From contig CAXXHG010000046.1 of assembly GCA_963666315.2 (NCBI GenBank), forward strand, positions 64,001 to 128,000: a DNA stretch of 64,000 nucleotides, in the 5' to 3' direction. Made by a program: the position numbers and the translations under genes. The stretch comes from Candidatus Binatia bacterium. Lineage in GTDB: Bacteria; Desulfobacterota; Binatia; Bin18. Under the pieces are notes generated by a model. That model ran no database searches and was not told the origin of the DNA. It saw only the letters and a program-made list of their open reading frames with translations. This document shows, in pieces, positions 39,226 to 49,332 of this stretch (its first letter is position 1; each line of letters opens with the position of its first letter).

Positions 39226-41009
39226 GTAGACAAAACCGGTAGCTCAATAAAGGACGGATGCTCCTCAGTGTGATGCACCACATTGGTGGCGATGTGAATG
39301 TCAGCCTGCGTGTCATTCGCGAGCACTGCGTTACCACTATTTGTGTTACGCGCACGGCGGGGGAAGTTACTGCTGGTGACATCCACTTGCAAACGGCTGT
39401 CTGCCGGAAAAGTGTGATGAATATCAGCCAGGTGAATCTGGACTTGGTAAACTTGATCAGGTTCTAAATGCTGCGGCTTCGTCGTGGCGTTGCGATACAT
39501 CGCCCGCACCACACCATCCATGAGCAGCAGGGCGCATCCGTCCGGTTGCAGCTCAATCAATTTGGCAATGAAATCCGTATCGCGGCAATTCGATTGGACG
39601 TGGAGCGTGACAGAGACCGCTCCTGCTATCGTCATATCTTCATCCAAAACCTCACTCCGGTAGCTCAAACCATAGTTCGGCAAGACTTGCACTTGGCGTT
39701 GATCCTGAGGCCCACTCGCGATCAACATATTGCGACCGCCGAGCGTTGGGATGGGACGGTTGGGGTCATATATATAGCTTCTCTCGTCGCCGCCTGGACC
39801 GTCAGCGCTGAGGCGTCCGTCACCAGTCAGATACAGCCGCTGCTGGACAGTCCCCAAAGGCGGCCACTGGTCAGCGTGGCGCCAATCATTGGCCACGTAG
39901 TTTTTTTGATCTGCGGCCCAGGCGCGCGGCGCATAGTATACTGCCGGCTCATCCATGATTGCGGACGGTAGTCCCTTGAGCCAGTAATCAAACCACTCAA
40001 AGTAGGGATCACGCGGCCAGAAATTGCGCTCATACACAAAGTGATGGCTGTTTGGCCCGATCCATAGCCGCTGGTTTCCGACTCGGGACTGGATCTCGGT
40101 AAAGGCGGCTAACACGCTGGTTTGGAAAATATCGAACCAGGTCGTAACGTGAAAACCTGGGACATTGATCGTCGCGCGGAAGTTGTGACGGGCGCGAAAA
40201 TAGTCAGGAGCGGGATGACTAATAATTTCGTCAAGATAAGGCTGCCATACAGAGAAGTCGGGATACCCGCTCAGGGGTAAACGCATCCATTCGTCCGTAT
40301 CGATGAAGGGCGGGTCTGCATGTCGGGCAGCATCAAGCGCCGTATAGCGCACGTTCGCCGAAGCGGCTGCCGTGTCCAGTTCTTGTTTACTCAGTCCGTG
40401 CTGCTGCAGCATAGCCTCACGGTGCGAACGTGAAAGACCCGGAATATTCCGGGCTACCCACAGCCATAGCCGCTCCATCTGGATGGATTGGCCCTCATAG
40501 ACCACGTCGTCATAGATACTCGATCCACCCACTTGGGTGAAAAACGCGCGTACACTGGGATGACACTGCGAGGCCGCGGCAAGCGCCGTGGTCGCAGCGG
40601 CGGATGATCCTGACAGTCCGACGTGTTGATTCGACCAGGGCTCACTCGCTATCCATTCGAGGGTGTCGTATCCGTCTACTGCATCGTCGCCATACACATG
40701 GTCTACTCCTTCAGAGCCATAGCGTCCGCGTGTGTCTTGGTAGACTGCCGCATTGCCGCGGCGCACGATCTCGCGCCAGCCACGTAGGAGTGAGCCTCGC
40801 AGAGGGGCCTTTGCATCCGGCAGCCAGCCTTTCGTGCAGTCGGTTACGTTCTGGCCTTCAGGTGAGGTGATGCCGTAGGGCGTGCGTTGCACAATGACCG
40901 GATAACGAGGTCCGCCGCGTTCGGGCAGGAAGACAAACGTATTCAGCCGTGCGCCATCACGCATAGGCAGCATCACTTGGAAACACCGCGCCCCGTCAAC
41001 AATTTCCAT
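39222..41009 (-). CDS. CocE/NonD family hydrolase
   Basis: MRDG, RTPYG, QDTRGRYGSEG, DGYDTLEW, SSNFPR; nucleophile motif GSSAAA. Confidence 0.92.
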   Translation of the reverse strand: MEIVDGARCFQVMLPMRDGARLNTFVFLPERGGPRYPVIVQRTPYGITSPEGQNVTDCTKGWLPDAKAPLRGSLLRGWREIVRRGNAAVYQDTRGRYGSEGVDHVYGDDAVDGYDTLEWIASEPWSNQHVGLSGSSAAATTALAAASQCHPSVRAFFTQVGGSSIYDDVVYEGQSIQMERLWLWVARNIPGLSRSHREAMLQQHGLSKQELDTAAASANVRYTALDAARHADPPFIDTDEWMRLPLSGYPDFSVWQPYLDEIISHPAPDYFRARHNFRATINVPGFHVTTWFDIFQTSVLAAFTEIQSRVGNQRLWIGPNSHHFVYERNFWPRDPYFEWFDYWLKGLPSAIMDEPAVYYAPRAWAADQKNYVANDWRHADQWPPLGTVQQRLYLTGDGRLSADGPGGDERSYIYDPNRPIPTLGGRNMLIASGPQDQRQVQVLPNYGLSYRSEVLDEDMTIAGAVSVTLHVQSNCRDTDFIAKLIELQPDGCALLLMDGVVRAMYRNATTKPQHLEPDQVYQVQIHLADIHHTFPADSRLQVDVTSSNFPRRARNTNSGNAVLANDTQADIHIATNVVHHTEEHPSFIELPVLST

Positions 41010-41216
41010 AATTGACCTTTCTCGTGAAGCAAACGTCCGTCAATCCTACGGAGTGGGGGCTGTGAATCTAGAGAATCCAGTACAGTATGGACCAAGGCAA
41101 GCTGGTTGAGGGCGTTAGTCGGTATCTTCGCTGCTCTGGGCAGGTCGCGGTGCAACCGGCTCCGGATTTAGAGCTCGGTATTTCGGTGGACTCCACGGGT
41201 TATCTCACAACGACAT

Positions 41217-41468
41217 CTACAACTGATCGTAATGTCCACCGTTTGCAAAGATATAAATATATCGATCGTCGAATTTATAAATGACACGATCTTTCTGGCT
41301 CATTCGGCGGAACGATTATGGTTCAGGGGCTCTGGTTTTCCAATTCCACTACTGGGGTCGCCACGCAACATCTCTTTCAATATACGGCACAGTGCTTTAT
41401 GAAGCTTTTTGTCTTTTGCTCTGAGGTCTTCGTAAATGGCCCAGGTGTTTCCTTCAAACACCAGTGAT
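41217..41468 (-). pseudogene. yoeB: Txe/YoeB toxin, 3' part separated from its start by the integrated element
   Basis: SLVFEGNTW...GIGKPEPL.HN / RRMSQKDRVIYKFDD...GGHYDQL*; small deletion-frameshift near 41313; missing ATG AGA found at 49488-49493. Confidence 0.9.
41445..41468. repeat. att core, left copy
   Basis: GTGTTTCCTTCAAACACCAGTGAT, identical to 49465-49488. Confidence 0.92.
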
Positions 41469-41500
41469 ACGCTTTAAAAATAGGCTGAAACCACTGTAAC

Positions 41501-41758
41501 TTAGTGAATAGAAATAACTTTCTCCGTCTGTCCCAAAACCGGCTTCTCAGGGGTGTCGTGAAAATTCGCGGGACTTCTTCCTGGGAATCGGCGTTCCATC
41601 TGCTCCATTGCCCCTCTTTTGTGGTCTGGCGACAGGTGCGCGTACCGCATGGTCATGTTTATATCAGCATGTCCCATGAGTTCCTGCACGGTGCGAATAT
41701 CAACGCCGCTCATAACGAGCCGGCTAGCAAAGGTGTGTCGCAGGACATGGGGGCCAAT
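41501..41758 (-). pseudogene. Tyrosine recombinase/integrase C-terminal remnant
   Basis: PHVLRHTFASRL...VQELMGH...MTMRYAH (HxxR, H, Y); no upstream integrase homology. Confidence 0.9.
41558..41576. repeat. Putative integrase arm-type site
   Basis: GTGAAAATTCGCGGGACTT, identical at 49333-49351. Confidence 0.75.
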
Positions 41759-41954
41759 CGGGGCAATCACACGCTTGCTATAGGACTGCTTGATCGATCC
41801 GAACTTGATTACCGATGCGTTGCGGCGACAGTGGCTCCATATTCGCCCTGTACGGCACGATCTCGATGCGACCCATAACCGATTCGTTCCTCGACACGCG
41901 CGCAACGGAAATGATCGAGCCGATAGCACCAGACATCGCGCGAGTTCATTCAGA

Positions 41955-42644
41955 TTATTTGACCGTGCCTAATCGTGACCCGGACTGCTCCATGACGGCC
42001 ACCCGCGCCGCCAGTTCCTGGATCATCCTATCTTGCTCAATCGTGTACAGCGTCAATTCCTCCACCTTGGCCAACAGCTTCATCTGCATGTCCGTCATAT
42101 TCACGCCCGTCTCGCTTATCTCCGCTGCTGACGGAACGTTGGGCAGGTGTTTTTCGTGTGCAACGAATGTAGCCAGTTCTGGCAGTGGCATAAGCAGATA
42201 GTCGGGCTCGAAGACGTAGTCAGGCACGTTCAGGACCGTACTTCCGGAGATGAAGCTGCCCTCGGCACGGATGTGCCCGTTGACGTGAAGCTCGTCCGTA
42301 GGGTTGGTCGTGCCGATGCCAATGCGGCCCTGCGCCTGGTCAAAGGTCATGACTGCGATACTGCCAGCACGCTGCAGAAGCAAATCTTGCGACGAATTCC
42401 CCTCTTGTACAAATTGCCACTGCATCGTATTGCCTGTGGAGAACCGCATGGAAAGATCTGCCCCTGTCGAGGCACGGTCAAACTTCAGGAATCCGTTAGA
42501 CGCCTCCATCAATATCTGCCCATTGACATGCAGTTTCACCTCTGGGTTCGCCGTCCCAATCCCGACGTTGCCCCCACTATCAAGATCGAGCTGCGCAAAG
42601 ACAGGGGAGGCTACAAGTAAGAACAATACAGCTGTAATCAACAT
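41955..42644 (-). CDS. Secreted tail-fibre-like protein with C-terminal chaperone-like domain
   Basis: Signal peptide; GNVGIGT.NP and GRIGIGT.NP; PDYVF...HLP.VPSA.E...LL.KVEELTLY. Confidence 0.8.
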   Translation of the reverse strand: MLITAVLFLLVASPVFAQLDLDSGGNVGIGTANPEVKLHVNGQILMEASNGFLKFDRASTGADLSMRFSTGNTMQWQFVQEGNSSQDLLLQRAGSIAVMTFDQAQGRIGIGTTNPTDELHVNGHIRAEGSFISGSTVLNVPDYVFEPDYLLMPLPELATFVAHEKHLPNVPSAAEISETGVNMTDMQMKLLAKVEELTLYTIEQDRMIQELAARVAVMEQSGSRLGTVK

Positions 42645-42852
42645 AACTGACTCCTTATAGGTTAGTTTGTTGTCTCGCTACTTAACACGAAAACAGAGAA
42701 CTTTCCATTTCCGCCCGTAGCGCCTACGTGCAAAGGCAAGACGGCTTGTGACGTTTGCGCACATCACTCACGACCTCGCCCACGTCACGAGGCCCTGAGT
42801 AGTTTAAGCAGGCGGAACAAATGGAGGCCGCGCAGAAGAAAGCCAAACGGAA

Positions 42853-42882
42853 ACCGCCCGGGGAGGAGGGGCCCCGGGCGGT
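42853..42882 (-). terminator. Putative intrinsic terminator
   Basis: ACCGCCCGGGG/CCCCGGGCGGT 11-bp stem, T-rich tail on the minus strand, 53 nt after the repeat-gene stop. Confidence 0.45.
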
Positions 42883-42935
42883 GAGTCGGCGCGCCTCTGC
42901 AGAGTCTGCGCCTTCACAGTGTAAACACGGTTGGG

Positions 42936-43780
42936 CTAGGGAACAAGTTCAAGCGTTGTCTCAGTGACATTCCCCCCTCCCCCGCTGACCGTGGACGCCC
43001 ACCAGCTCGCCGTGTTTCCCCATCCTCCGTTGACCGAGGACTGCCACCCGCTCGCCTCATTTAGATGTCCGCCGCTGACCGAGGATGATTTCCCACTCGC
43101 TGTGTTTTGGTCGCCTCCGCTGACCGAGGACTGCCACCCGCTCGCCGTGTTGCCGCCTCCTCCGCTCACCGAGGACCCGATCCCGCTCGCCGTGTTGCCG
43201 TATCCTCCGCTCACCGTGGAGTCGTACCCACTCGCCGTGTTCCAGCCGCCTCCGCTCACTGTGGCATGGTCCAATGTCGCCGTGTTTTGCCGTCCTCCGC
43301 TCACCGTGGACGCGAAACCGCTCGCGACATTAACTTGGCCCCCGATTATTGCGGCACCGAACCCGGTGATCGTGTTACTGTCGCCAGTCACAAGACCGCT
43401 GCGATTCGTGTAGGTGTGGTACGCCCCAACAATCACATTATGGGAGCCCGTCTTTTCGCTGCCATCTTTGTGGTCTTCATTATAGCCGACAATAAGATTG
43501 CCGAGGCCATTTGGCACCGTGTTGTATTGTGTGGAATCCCCGGTCCCGTCTTGTACATGCAAATTACACCCATCAACGTACAGGCCATTCCCGGCTTGAT
43601 AGAGGCAGTCCATCGCGTCTTGTTTGGTCTCCACCTCGGCCTTTAACGCTGTCACTTCCGATTGCAGCGCTCCGAACCGAGCCTCAAGGTTTTCCTGGCT
43701 CTGCCGTCGTGAGCCGCCACGTTCCCGGCGCTACCCATCATGGTTATCATCGCTATCGCCGACAGAGTTCGCTTCATCAT
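42936..43780 (-). pseudogene. Secreted 14-aa repeat (SVSGG..NTASG) adhesin-like protein with a 5' frameshift
   Basis: SD GGAGG plus signal MMKRTLSAIA; frameshift ~43700; NGLGNLIVGYNE, GSHN; about 8-9 tandem 42-bp repeats at 42975-43330. Confidence 0.8.
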
Positions 43781-44115
43781 GGGGTCCTCCTGATACCGCC
43801 CAGTAAATTGCTGTGTGTCACAGTGTGGGCGGGATACGAAGGAATAGAGCACAACCCGTGCCAACCGCTCAGGAATGAGCACGCTCTTTCTGTATTTCAA
43901 GTTATTTCAATATGTTATAGCGTCAAAGCACGGTGAAGGTAGGCAGACGGGTCCCCAGCGGTCTCATCCATCGAGACCGTTCTGATATATCGCTTTGATG
44001 AGTTATGGCGAAACGATATGGCCGCTTGAAGTCGCCAATCAGCGCGCCGGTAGGGGTATTTCGATAGTCGTGTGGGGAGCCGGCGGCCTCCACTGCCAAG
44101 ACGCCCGAGTCCTCA

Positions 44116-44745
44116 TTGAGGTGCGACTCGCCAAAGTATCTAGAAAAGAAGAAGGCGAAATATCATTTGGACAGACAGTCCCGAAGAGCACAATGTCTCA
44201 CCGCCGGTTCTAAGAACCAGGAAGTGTGTTTCCGTACTGACAGGTTAGGATTGAACATCAACTGTTCAGGCGTCGGCTATGGGCGGATTTGTAGCCACCT
44301 TCCTGGCCTGGACGGCTATCTCCGGGGATTTACCGTCAATGAGAGACGACTCAAGCTGTCGCCCGAGCATCAGGCAATGTGTCGTGGGTGGCTACGGCTC
44401 GCAAATGACGAGAACGAGTCGATGCATTGGCTATCGATCTACGACGTGATCATCAAAAAATTGCGCGGTGGAAAGGCGATTCCGGAGCTGGTTTTTTCAA
44501 TGGCACACTTTCCTGCTCACTGGTCAGCCCGGATTTACGAAGACATTTATCCGGGCCGGAAGGAGAAAAGCGCCGCGGAGAAGAGCGGTATGGGCAGAAT
44601 GCCACTGTACCTGTGCGCTTTGTGCGACCTAGCTGAGGAGGGTAAGGTGGAAGGGATACTCGATCACGAAGGAGGATACCGTTGGCGCCGCATCTTACAG
44701 CGAGACCAAAGGCGACCCGAAGTCGTCAAGGGTGAACTCACCTAG
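44116..44745 (+). CDS. Hypothetical protein
   Basis: 209-aa ORF, no recognised motif; start uncertain. Confidence 0.3.
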   Translation: MRCDSPKYLEKKKAKYHLDRQSRRAQCLTAGSKNQEVCFRTDRLGLNINCSGVGYGRICSHLPGLDGYLRGFTVNERRLKLSPEHQAMCRGWLRLANDENESMHWLSIYDVIIKKLRGGKAIPELVFSMAHFPAHWSARIYEDIYPGRKEKSAAEKSGMGRMPLYLCALCDLAEEGKVEGILDHEGGYRWRRILQRDQRRPEVVKGELT

Positions 44746-44808
44746 AAACGTGGGCTTGTTTTGAAGAGCGTAGGTATGGAAGGGAACCGCATGGAAGATC
44801 GATTGTTC

Positions 44809-44862
44809 CACATCATGCACATCATGCACATCATGCACATCATGCACATCATGCACATCATG
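44809..44862. repeat. Perfect tandem repeat (CACATCATG)x6
   Basis: Six exact 9-bp units. Confidence 0.97.
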
Positions 44863-45017
44863 CATGAAAGAAAGTGAATGGAGGTTAGAGTTTTGACGGT
44901 GCGGATACTCGGAAATATTTGGAAACGAACAATGCCTAACAAGAAGAAAAGAGGAGAGAGCATTATGAAGTGGGAATGGACGCTGAAGTCAGCATGTACA
45001 TTCTCGTGTCTGAGTAA

Positions 45018-45183
45018 TCACGCAGCCGACTGACACAGACTATTTTCCAAAATATGGCGGATGGTCGAGGCGTACCATGTTCGCCCGTTCTTCGTCGGCA
45101 CCTTGCGGGTGTTGAGTGTCCCAGCAATCTGCCGCAAGGTATGCCCCTCCTGGCGTTGTTGCCGTATCCATTCAACCGTCTTT
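45018..45183 (-). pseudogene. Serine recombinase (Recombinase-domain) C-terminal fragment
   Basis: G.TLRQIA..LN...VPTKNGRTWYASTIRHIL. Confidence 0.7.
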
Positions 45184-45228
45184 AGCTGGCCAGCACCAGC
45201 CCTGAATTGACGGTTCGCCTGCAAGGAC

Positions 45229-45801
45229 TCATTGGGTCTTCTGTCGCCATTCCCGTGCCATTTTCTGGGCCTCTGCCACCTGCGCAGGGCGGATCTTTGC
45301 TTCGACAGCAGCCCGACGTTTAACTGCCTGGCTGCGATCATATCCGGTTAAGTGCGCCGCGGCGAGATTATACCACTTGTGTGCCTGCACATAATCCTGC
45401 ACTACGCCCCGGCCGTTGTCGTACATGACTCCGAGGTTGTTCTGCGCCGAGGCCTGTCCTTGATCGGCGGCGAGCCGGTACCACTCCACGGCTGCCTCAT
45501 AATCCTGCACCACGCCCTGGCCGTTGTCGTACATGACTCCGAGGCTGTGCTGCGCCCCGGCCTGTCCTTGATCGGCGGCGAGTCGGAGCCACTTCCCGGC
45601 TGCCTCATAATCCTGCACCACGTCTTGACCGGCGTCGTACATGCCTCCGAGGTTGCTCTGCGCCTCGGAGGCACCTCGGGTGGCTTGCGCTCGAAGCGCG
45701 GCAATGTCATCAGCCTGATCACCGCAGCCCTGCGCCAGCATCAGGCTAAGCAGCAGCAGGAAAACCATACCCATTCGTCCTTGGTTCTGAAGATATTGCA
45801 T
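45229..45801 (-). CDS. Sel1-like repeat lipoprotein
   Basis: LAQGC lipobox; AQ.NLG.MYD.G.GV.QDY..A..WYRLAADQG repeats. Confidence 0.92.
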   Translation of the reverse strand: MQYLQNQGRMGMVFLLLLSLMLAQGCGDQADDIAALRAQATRGASEAQSNLGGMYDAGQDVVQDYEAAGKWLRLAADQGQAGAQHSLGVMYDNGQGVVQDYEAAVEWYRLAADQGQASAQNNLGVMYDNGRGVVQDYVQAHKWYNLAAAHLTGYDRSQAVKRRAAVEAKIRPAQVAEAQKMAREWRQKTQ

Positions 45802-45852
45802 TTCTTACAGAGGCCTGCTCAAGGATACACAGCAGTCCATGTTGTCAAGCTG

Positions 45853-46206
45853 TTACATACACCGGCCGGTCACAAAATCGACCCCGCGGCCCTGACAGCG
45901 CATAATCGCTTGCCCCGGGTCCTGGCGGGGGAGCGAAAACGGCGGCGCCACATCATACGGACTCACTTGCCGTCCCTGGGATCCAGAACAATTCCTGGTC
46001 GCAAAATCGACCCCCAGACCGGCCGCACCACAGCTTGCCACCAGATCGCCATCCGTGGGGCTGGCGTGAGCGGGAGACACACCGGCGGGGGCGGAGTGAG
46101 CGGCGGTCCTCAGCGATCCGGTCCACAGTGAAAAATTACAAGACGAGCCCAACAGCAGCACTGGCCCACAAAGGATGGTTCCGAAGATGACACGCCTGCT
46201 CAGCAT
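45853..46206 (-). CDS. Small secreted/lipoprotein with a duplicated Cys motif
   Basis: SD GGAGG; hydrophobic leader ending GSSC; two C..G.GVDF.T..C units. Confidence 0.55.
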   Translation of the reverse strand: MLSRRVIFGTILCGPVLLLGSSCNFSLWTGSLRTAAHSAPAGVSPAHASPTDGDLVASCGAAGLGVDFATRNCSGSQGRQVSPYDVAPPFSLPRQDPGQAIMRCQGRGVDFVTGRCM

Positions 46207-46368
46207 GCCCCTCCGTGCTCCACACTTTTTCCCGCTCACTCCTGACACCGCCGGATACTGGCCTGAGCTTTTATGCGGCCCGGGCGTACTGCCATGTACT
46301 CCTCCATCTACGTGAAACGACGTTCTCTCAGCCTCAACTACTTAACCCGAGGAAATATCGGTCACTGT

Positions 46369-46995
46369 CTACGTCTCAGCGAACTCAATCCTCAACGGCG
46401 TGCATTGCTGACCATTGGGTCTCTGGCCATCGATTTCTATATCATACGGACACGCCGAGACTGCAACTAAGCAGTCCATCAGAGCCCTGAGTGCAATATA
46501 TTCACCCGCTTGGGTTGCCGCAGGCCGACCATCAACGGACCCGTCGGCCCGCACGCGGGTATATTGGAACAGGTTAATCGGATCCGGCACATCAAGATAA
46601 CCAAGACCGTAAGGCTCCACGGCCAGGGTGAGATTGTCTCGACAATTACGATGGTTGACAGCTCCGGCAGCCACATATAAGGCGCTGCTGCACGGAGCAA
46701 AAAGGGCGTCGTGTACACCGTTCGCCTGATCCTCAACAATCTCGAACATGGGGTGCTGGAGGTTTGAGTAGAATTTACTGTTGACCGTAAAATGCATGGA
46801 ACCACTACCAATCAAAGTATTGAAGTTCACGGTTTCACCCGTAGAGAGTTTTTCTGCCAGGCTATGGAGGTGAAAACATACGAAATCGCAGATCTGCTGG
46901 CCCTCCACGTCGATAATCCGAATCGTTTCACCTTGCCGGACCACACAGGCTCCCCCTTCGGTTGCCGGAATAAGAATGTCTCGTTTGTCTGTCAT
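46369..46995 (-). CDS. Urea-carboxylase-associated family protein (DUF1989)
   Basis: IIDVEGQQICDF, GVHD, HRNCRDNL, VPDPINLF, SACP. Confidence 0.9.
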   Translation of the reverse strand: MTDKRDILIPATEGGACVVRQGETIRIIDVEGQQICDFVCFHLHSLAEKLSTGETVNFNTLIGSGSMHFTVNSKFYSNLQHPMFEIVEDQANGVHDALFAPCSSALYVAAGAVNHRNCRDNLTLAVEPYGLGYLDVPDPINLFQYTRVRADGSVDGRPAATQAGEYIALRALMDCLVAVSACPYDIEIDGQRPNGQQCTPLRIEFAET

Positions 46996-47170
46996 GGCTC
47001 AATCCTCCTGCCCCTTTTATTTTTTGCTGACGGTTCCCGATCACTGTCGAAAAGTTTTCATCTTTACGCAACCCCGGTCTTTTCCTTGACACTCGGCGCA
47101 AGACAGAGCTAGGGTCCGTCTCAAGGGGAGAGCTCACCTGAGTATCTCGCGAAAGGAGGAGGAGAAGACC

Positions 47171-48388
47171 ATGACTAGGGGAATGACCAAAAGTGGTTTT
47201 ATGGCAGCCCAGCTGCCGTTGTCCCAAGCCTCGACATTACCATCTCACTGTTACACATCACGCGAGTTTTATGAGCGAGAAGTCGAGCACATCTTCTTGA
47301 AAGAGTGGCTGTGCACCGGGCGGGTAGATCAGGTGGAGAAACCTGGAGATTTTTTTACATTGACTCTATTAGGAGAACGACTGATCGTCGTGCGCGATGA
47401 GGAAAATCAGGTCCGGGTATTATCGAATGTCTGCCGCCATCGCGCAACGCAAGTCGTCGAAGGACAGGGGAATCGGCGCACTTTTGAGTGTCCCTACCAT
47501 GGTTGGACGTACTCCTTGAAAGGAGAACTCATTGGCGCGCCTGAGATGCAACGGACCGACAACTTTGACAAAAACCAGTGTCAATTAGCCTCGCCCCGGG
47601 TCGAGACGTGGGAGGGGTTCATCTTTGTCAATTTTGATCAGCAGGCACAGCCGCTTGGGCCCAAGCTCACTCCCCTCTCCCAGCGATTGGAGCACTATCA
47701 TCTCAGTGAGATGCGGACCGTCAAAACGTTGGTGTATGAGAGCAACTGGAACTGGAAAATTATGGTTGAGAACTATATGGAGGCCTACCACGTTCTTGGC
47801 CTGCATAAGGGACCGCACGACGTGATGCCCGTCCATTCCGTCCATGATGCTTCGCCTCAGGCGTACAATATTACCAACACGGCGTATAACGGCGTGTTTG
47901 GGGTCATCTGGGGGGATTTTGCTACACCGGGCGCAACGTTTTATTCGCCGGGGGTGACGGGAGCCGAGTCCGGTAAGACCGAGTGGTTGCCTTCTCCTTT
48001 CCCGTTGATTGAGAGCTTATCCGCCGAAGAACGCCAGCGCGGCGACTTCGTTAATATCTATCCAACGCATCTCTTTACGCCGCTGCCTGACGGCATGTTT
48101 TACGGACAGATCTTGCCGCAGGCGGCCGACCGGATTACGTGGAGTCTGACACTGTGCTTTCCTCCGGCAGCCATGGAGATGCCAGACTTTGAGCAACAGC
48201 TCGAACAGGCGGTCGAAGGGCTCGAGTACATAAATAAGCAGGATATGTGGGCGTGTGCGTCGGTCCAGCAGGGGTTAGCTTCGCGCATGGTGCGGTCTGG
48301 ACGCTACTGCCACTTGGAAGAATGCATCCATCAGCTGGCTCAATACGTTATGGGCCGGATGCAAGACGAAGGACGTCTCACCCAATGA
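47171..48388 (+). CDS. Rieske non-heme iron oxygenase alpha subunit (choline monooxygenase/CntA-like)
   Basis: CRHR..CPYHGW, NWK..VEN..EAYH..LH, D...C.SVQ.G. Confidence 0.93.
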   Translation: MTRGMTKSGFMAAQLPLSQASTLPSHCYTSREFYEREVEHIFLKEWLCTGRVDQVEKPGDFFTLTLLGERLIVVRDEENQVRVLSNVCRHRATQVVEGQGNRRTFECPYHGWTYSLKGELIGAPEMQRTDNFDKNQCQLASPRVETWEGFIFVNFDQQAQPLGPKLTPLSQRLEHYHLSEMRTVKTLVYESNWNWKIMVENYMEAYHVLGLHKGPHDVMPVHSVHDASPQAYNITNTAYNGVFGVIWGDFATPGATFYSPGVTGAESGKTEWLPSPFPLIESLSAEERQRGDFVNIYPTHLFTPLPDGMFYGQILPQAADRITWSLTLCFPPAAMEMPDFEQQLEQAVEGLEYINKQDMWACASVQQGLASRMVRSGRYCHLEECIHQLAQYVMGRMQDEGRLTQ

Positions 48389-48718
48389 ACCGCACGGCGG
48401 GCAGCACGTGCTTTTACCACTACCTTTTCCGCCTTTTGGAATAATGCTTCACTTTGCTGCCGGCGCGCCAGTTCCTCTTTGATGCTGTCAATATTCTGTC
48501 TGACAGCACCCGCTAGCGCACGCGGGAGCCGCTTCATTAGCAGGGGGTCCCAATGGCGGAGAAAAGAAAAATCATGAGTAGTCAGAGGGTCAACGCGTCG
48601 GCCCTGTGACTGCCCTTGGTGACTGTGAAGTGGCTGGGTGTGCTTTGCGGCGTTTGGAAATAAGAAAAGGTGGGAATTGATGGCAATTGATTTTTCACAG
48701 ACCCTCCCGTGTCCTCCG

Positions 48719-49080
48719 CTACTCGCACTTTTTCAGTCCCTTCTGAATAAGTCCGGACAAATTCGCCAGGGGTCTTCGTCCAGTTGCCGCAACGGTGCCC
48801 GCGAGTGCCTCGTAACATGTTGCGGTGTGATTTCCACAGGGAGGAATATGGAGCGCGGTAGCGTGTCCTTCGCGTAGGAGAACTTCATTAACAACAGTTG
48901 CGCCGACAATCACATAAGCCAGTGTACGGCCATATCGATCTTTCGCATTCTCCTCACAGTCATCAAGCGTGACGGTCTTTCCTTCAACAAGGGCGACATT
49001 ACGTGCTGTTGCCGCACCGAATCCCTTGTCTCCACGCTCAGGGGTATTGATAACCTGGAATACCGCAGCGCGTTCTCGTA
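48719..49080 (-). pseudogene. Thermonuclease (SNase-like) remnant
   Basis: INTPE, DRYGRTLAYV, VNEVLLREGHA; N-terminal DGDT region not in frame. Confidence 0.7.
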
Positions 49081-49332
49081 AACTCGACGCCCAAGCACGG
49101 TTTCTGGAAGAGAGAGTACCGGACGTCATTAGCCCTCTAGAAAGTCTCACCGCTGACGTTTGCCGTGTGGCATACCACGCTGCCAGGTATAGGTTTGCCT
49201 TTTGTCAGGTCGAGTCTGCCAGATAAACTTGCGGGGACGAGGAAGCGGCACCTTGAAGCGGAGGGGCTGAGTCAGAATACGCCGGTCACCTCAAGCCTCG
49301 CCAGGAGTCTCCGTTTTACTCTCGCGCCTGTT

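Noticed and set aside
41759-41929. N-terminal part of the 142-aa ORF as integrase
   Set aside because: No integrase motifs upstream of GPHVLRH; it looks like fortuitous open frame.
42975-43330. Regular 42-bp repeats as a CRISPR array
   Set aside because: They are degenerate coding repeats (14 aa) without unique spacers, and there are no cas genes.
45352-46131. Long antisense ORFs (also 5476-6183, 22603-23241, 24395-25042, 43107-43646)
   Set aside because: They are shadows of well-supported genes on the opposite strand.
48340-48537. 65-aa helical ORF in the element
   Set aside because: It overlaps the Rieske gene end and has no motif or SD; unsupported.
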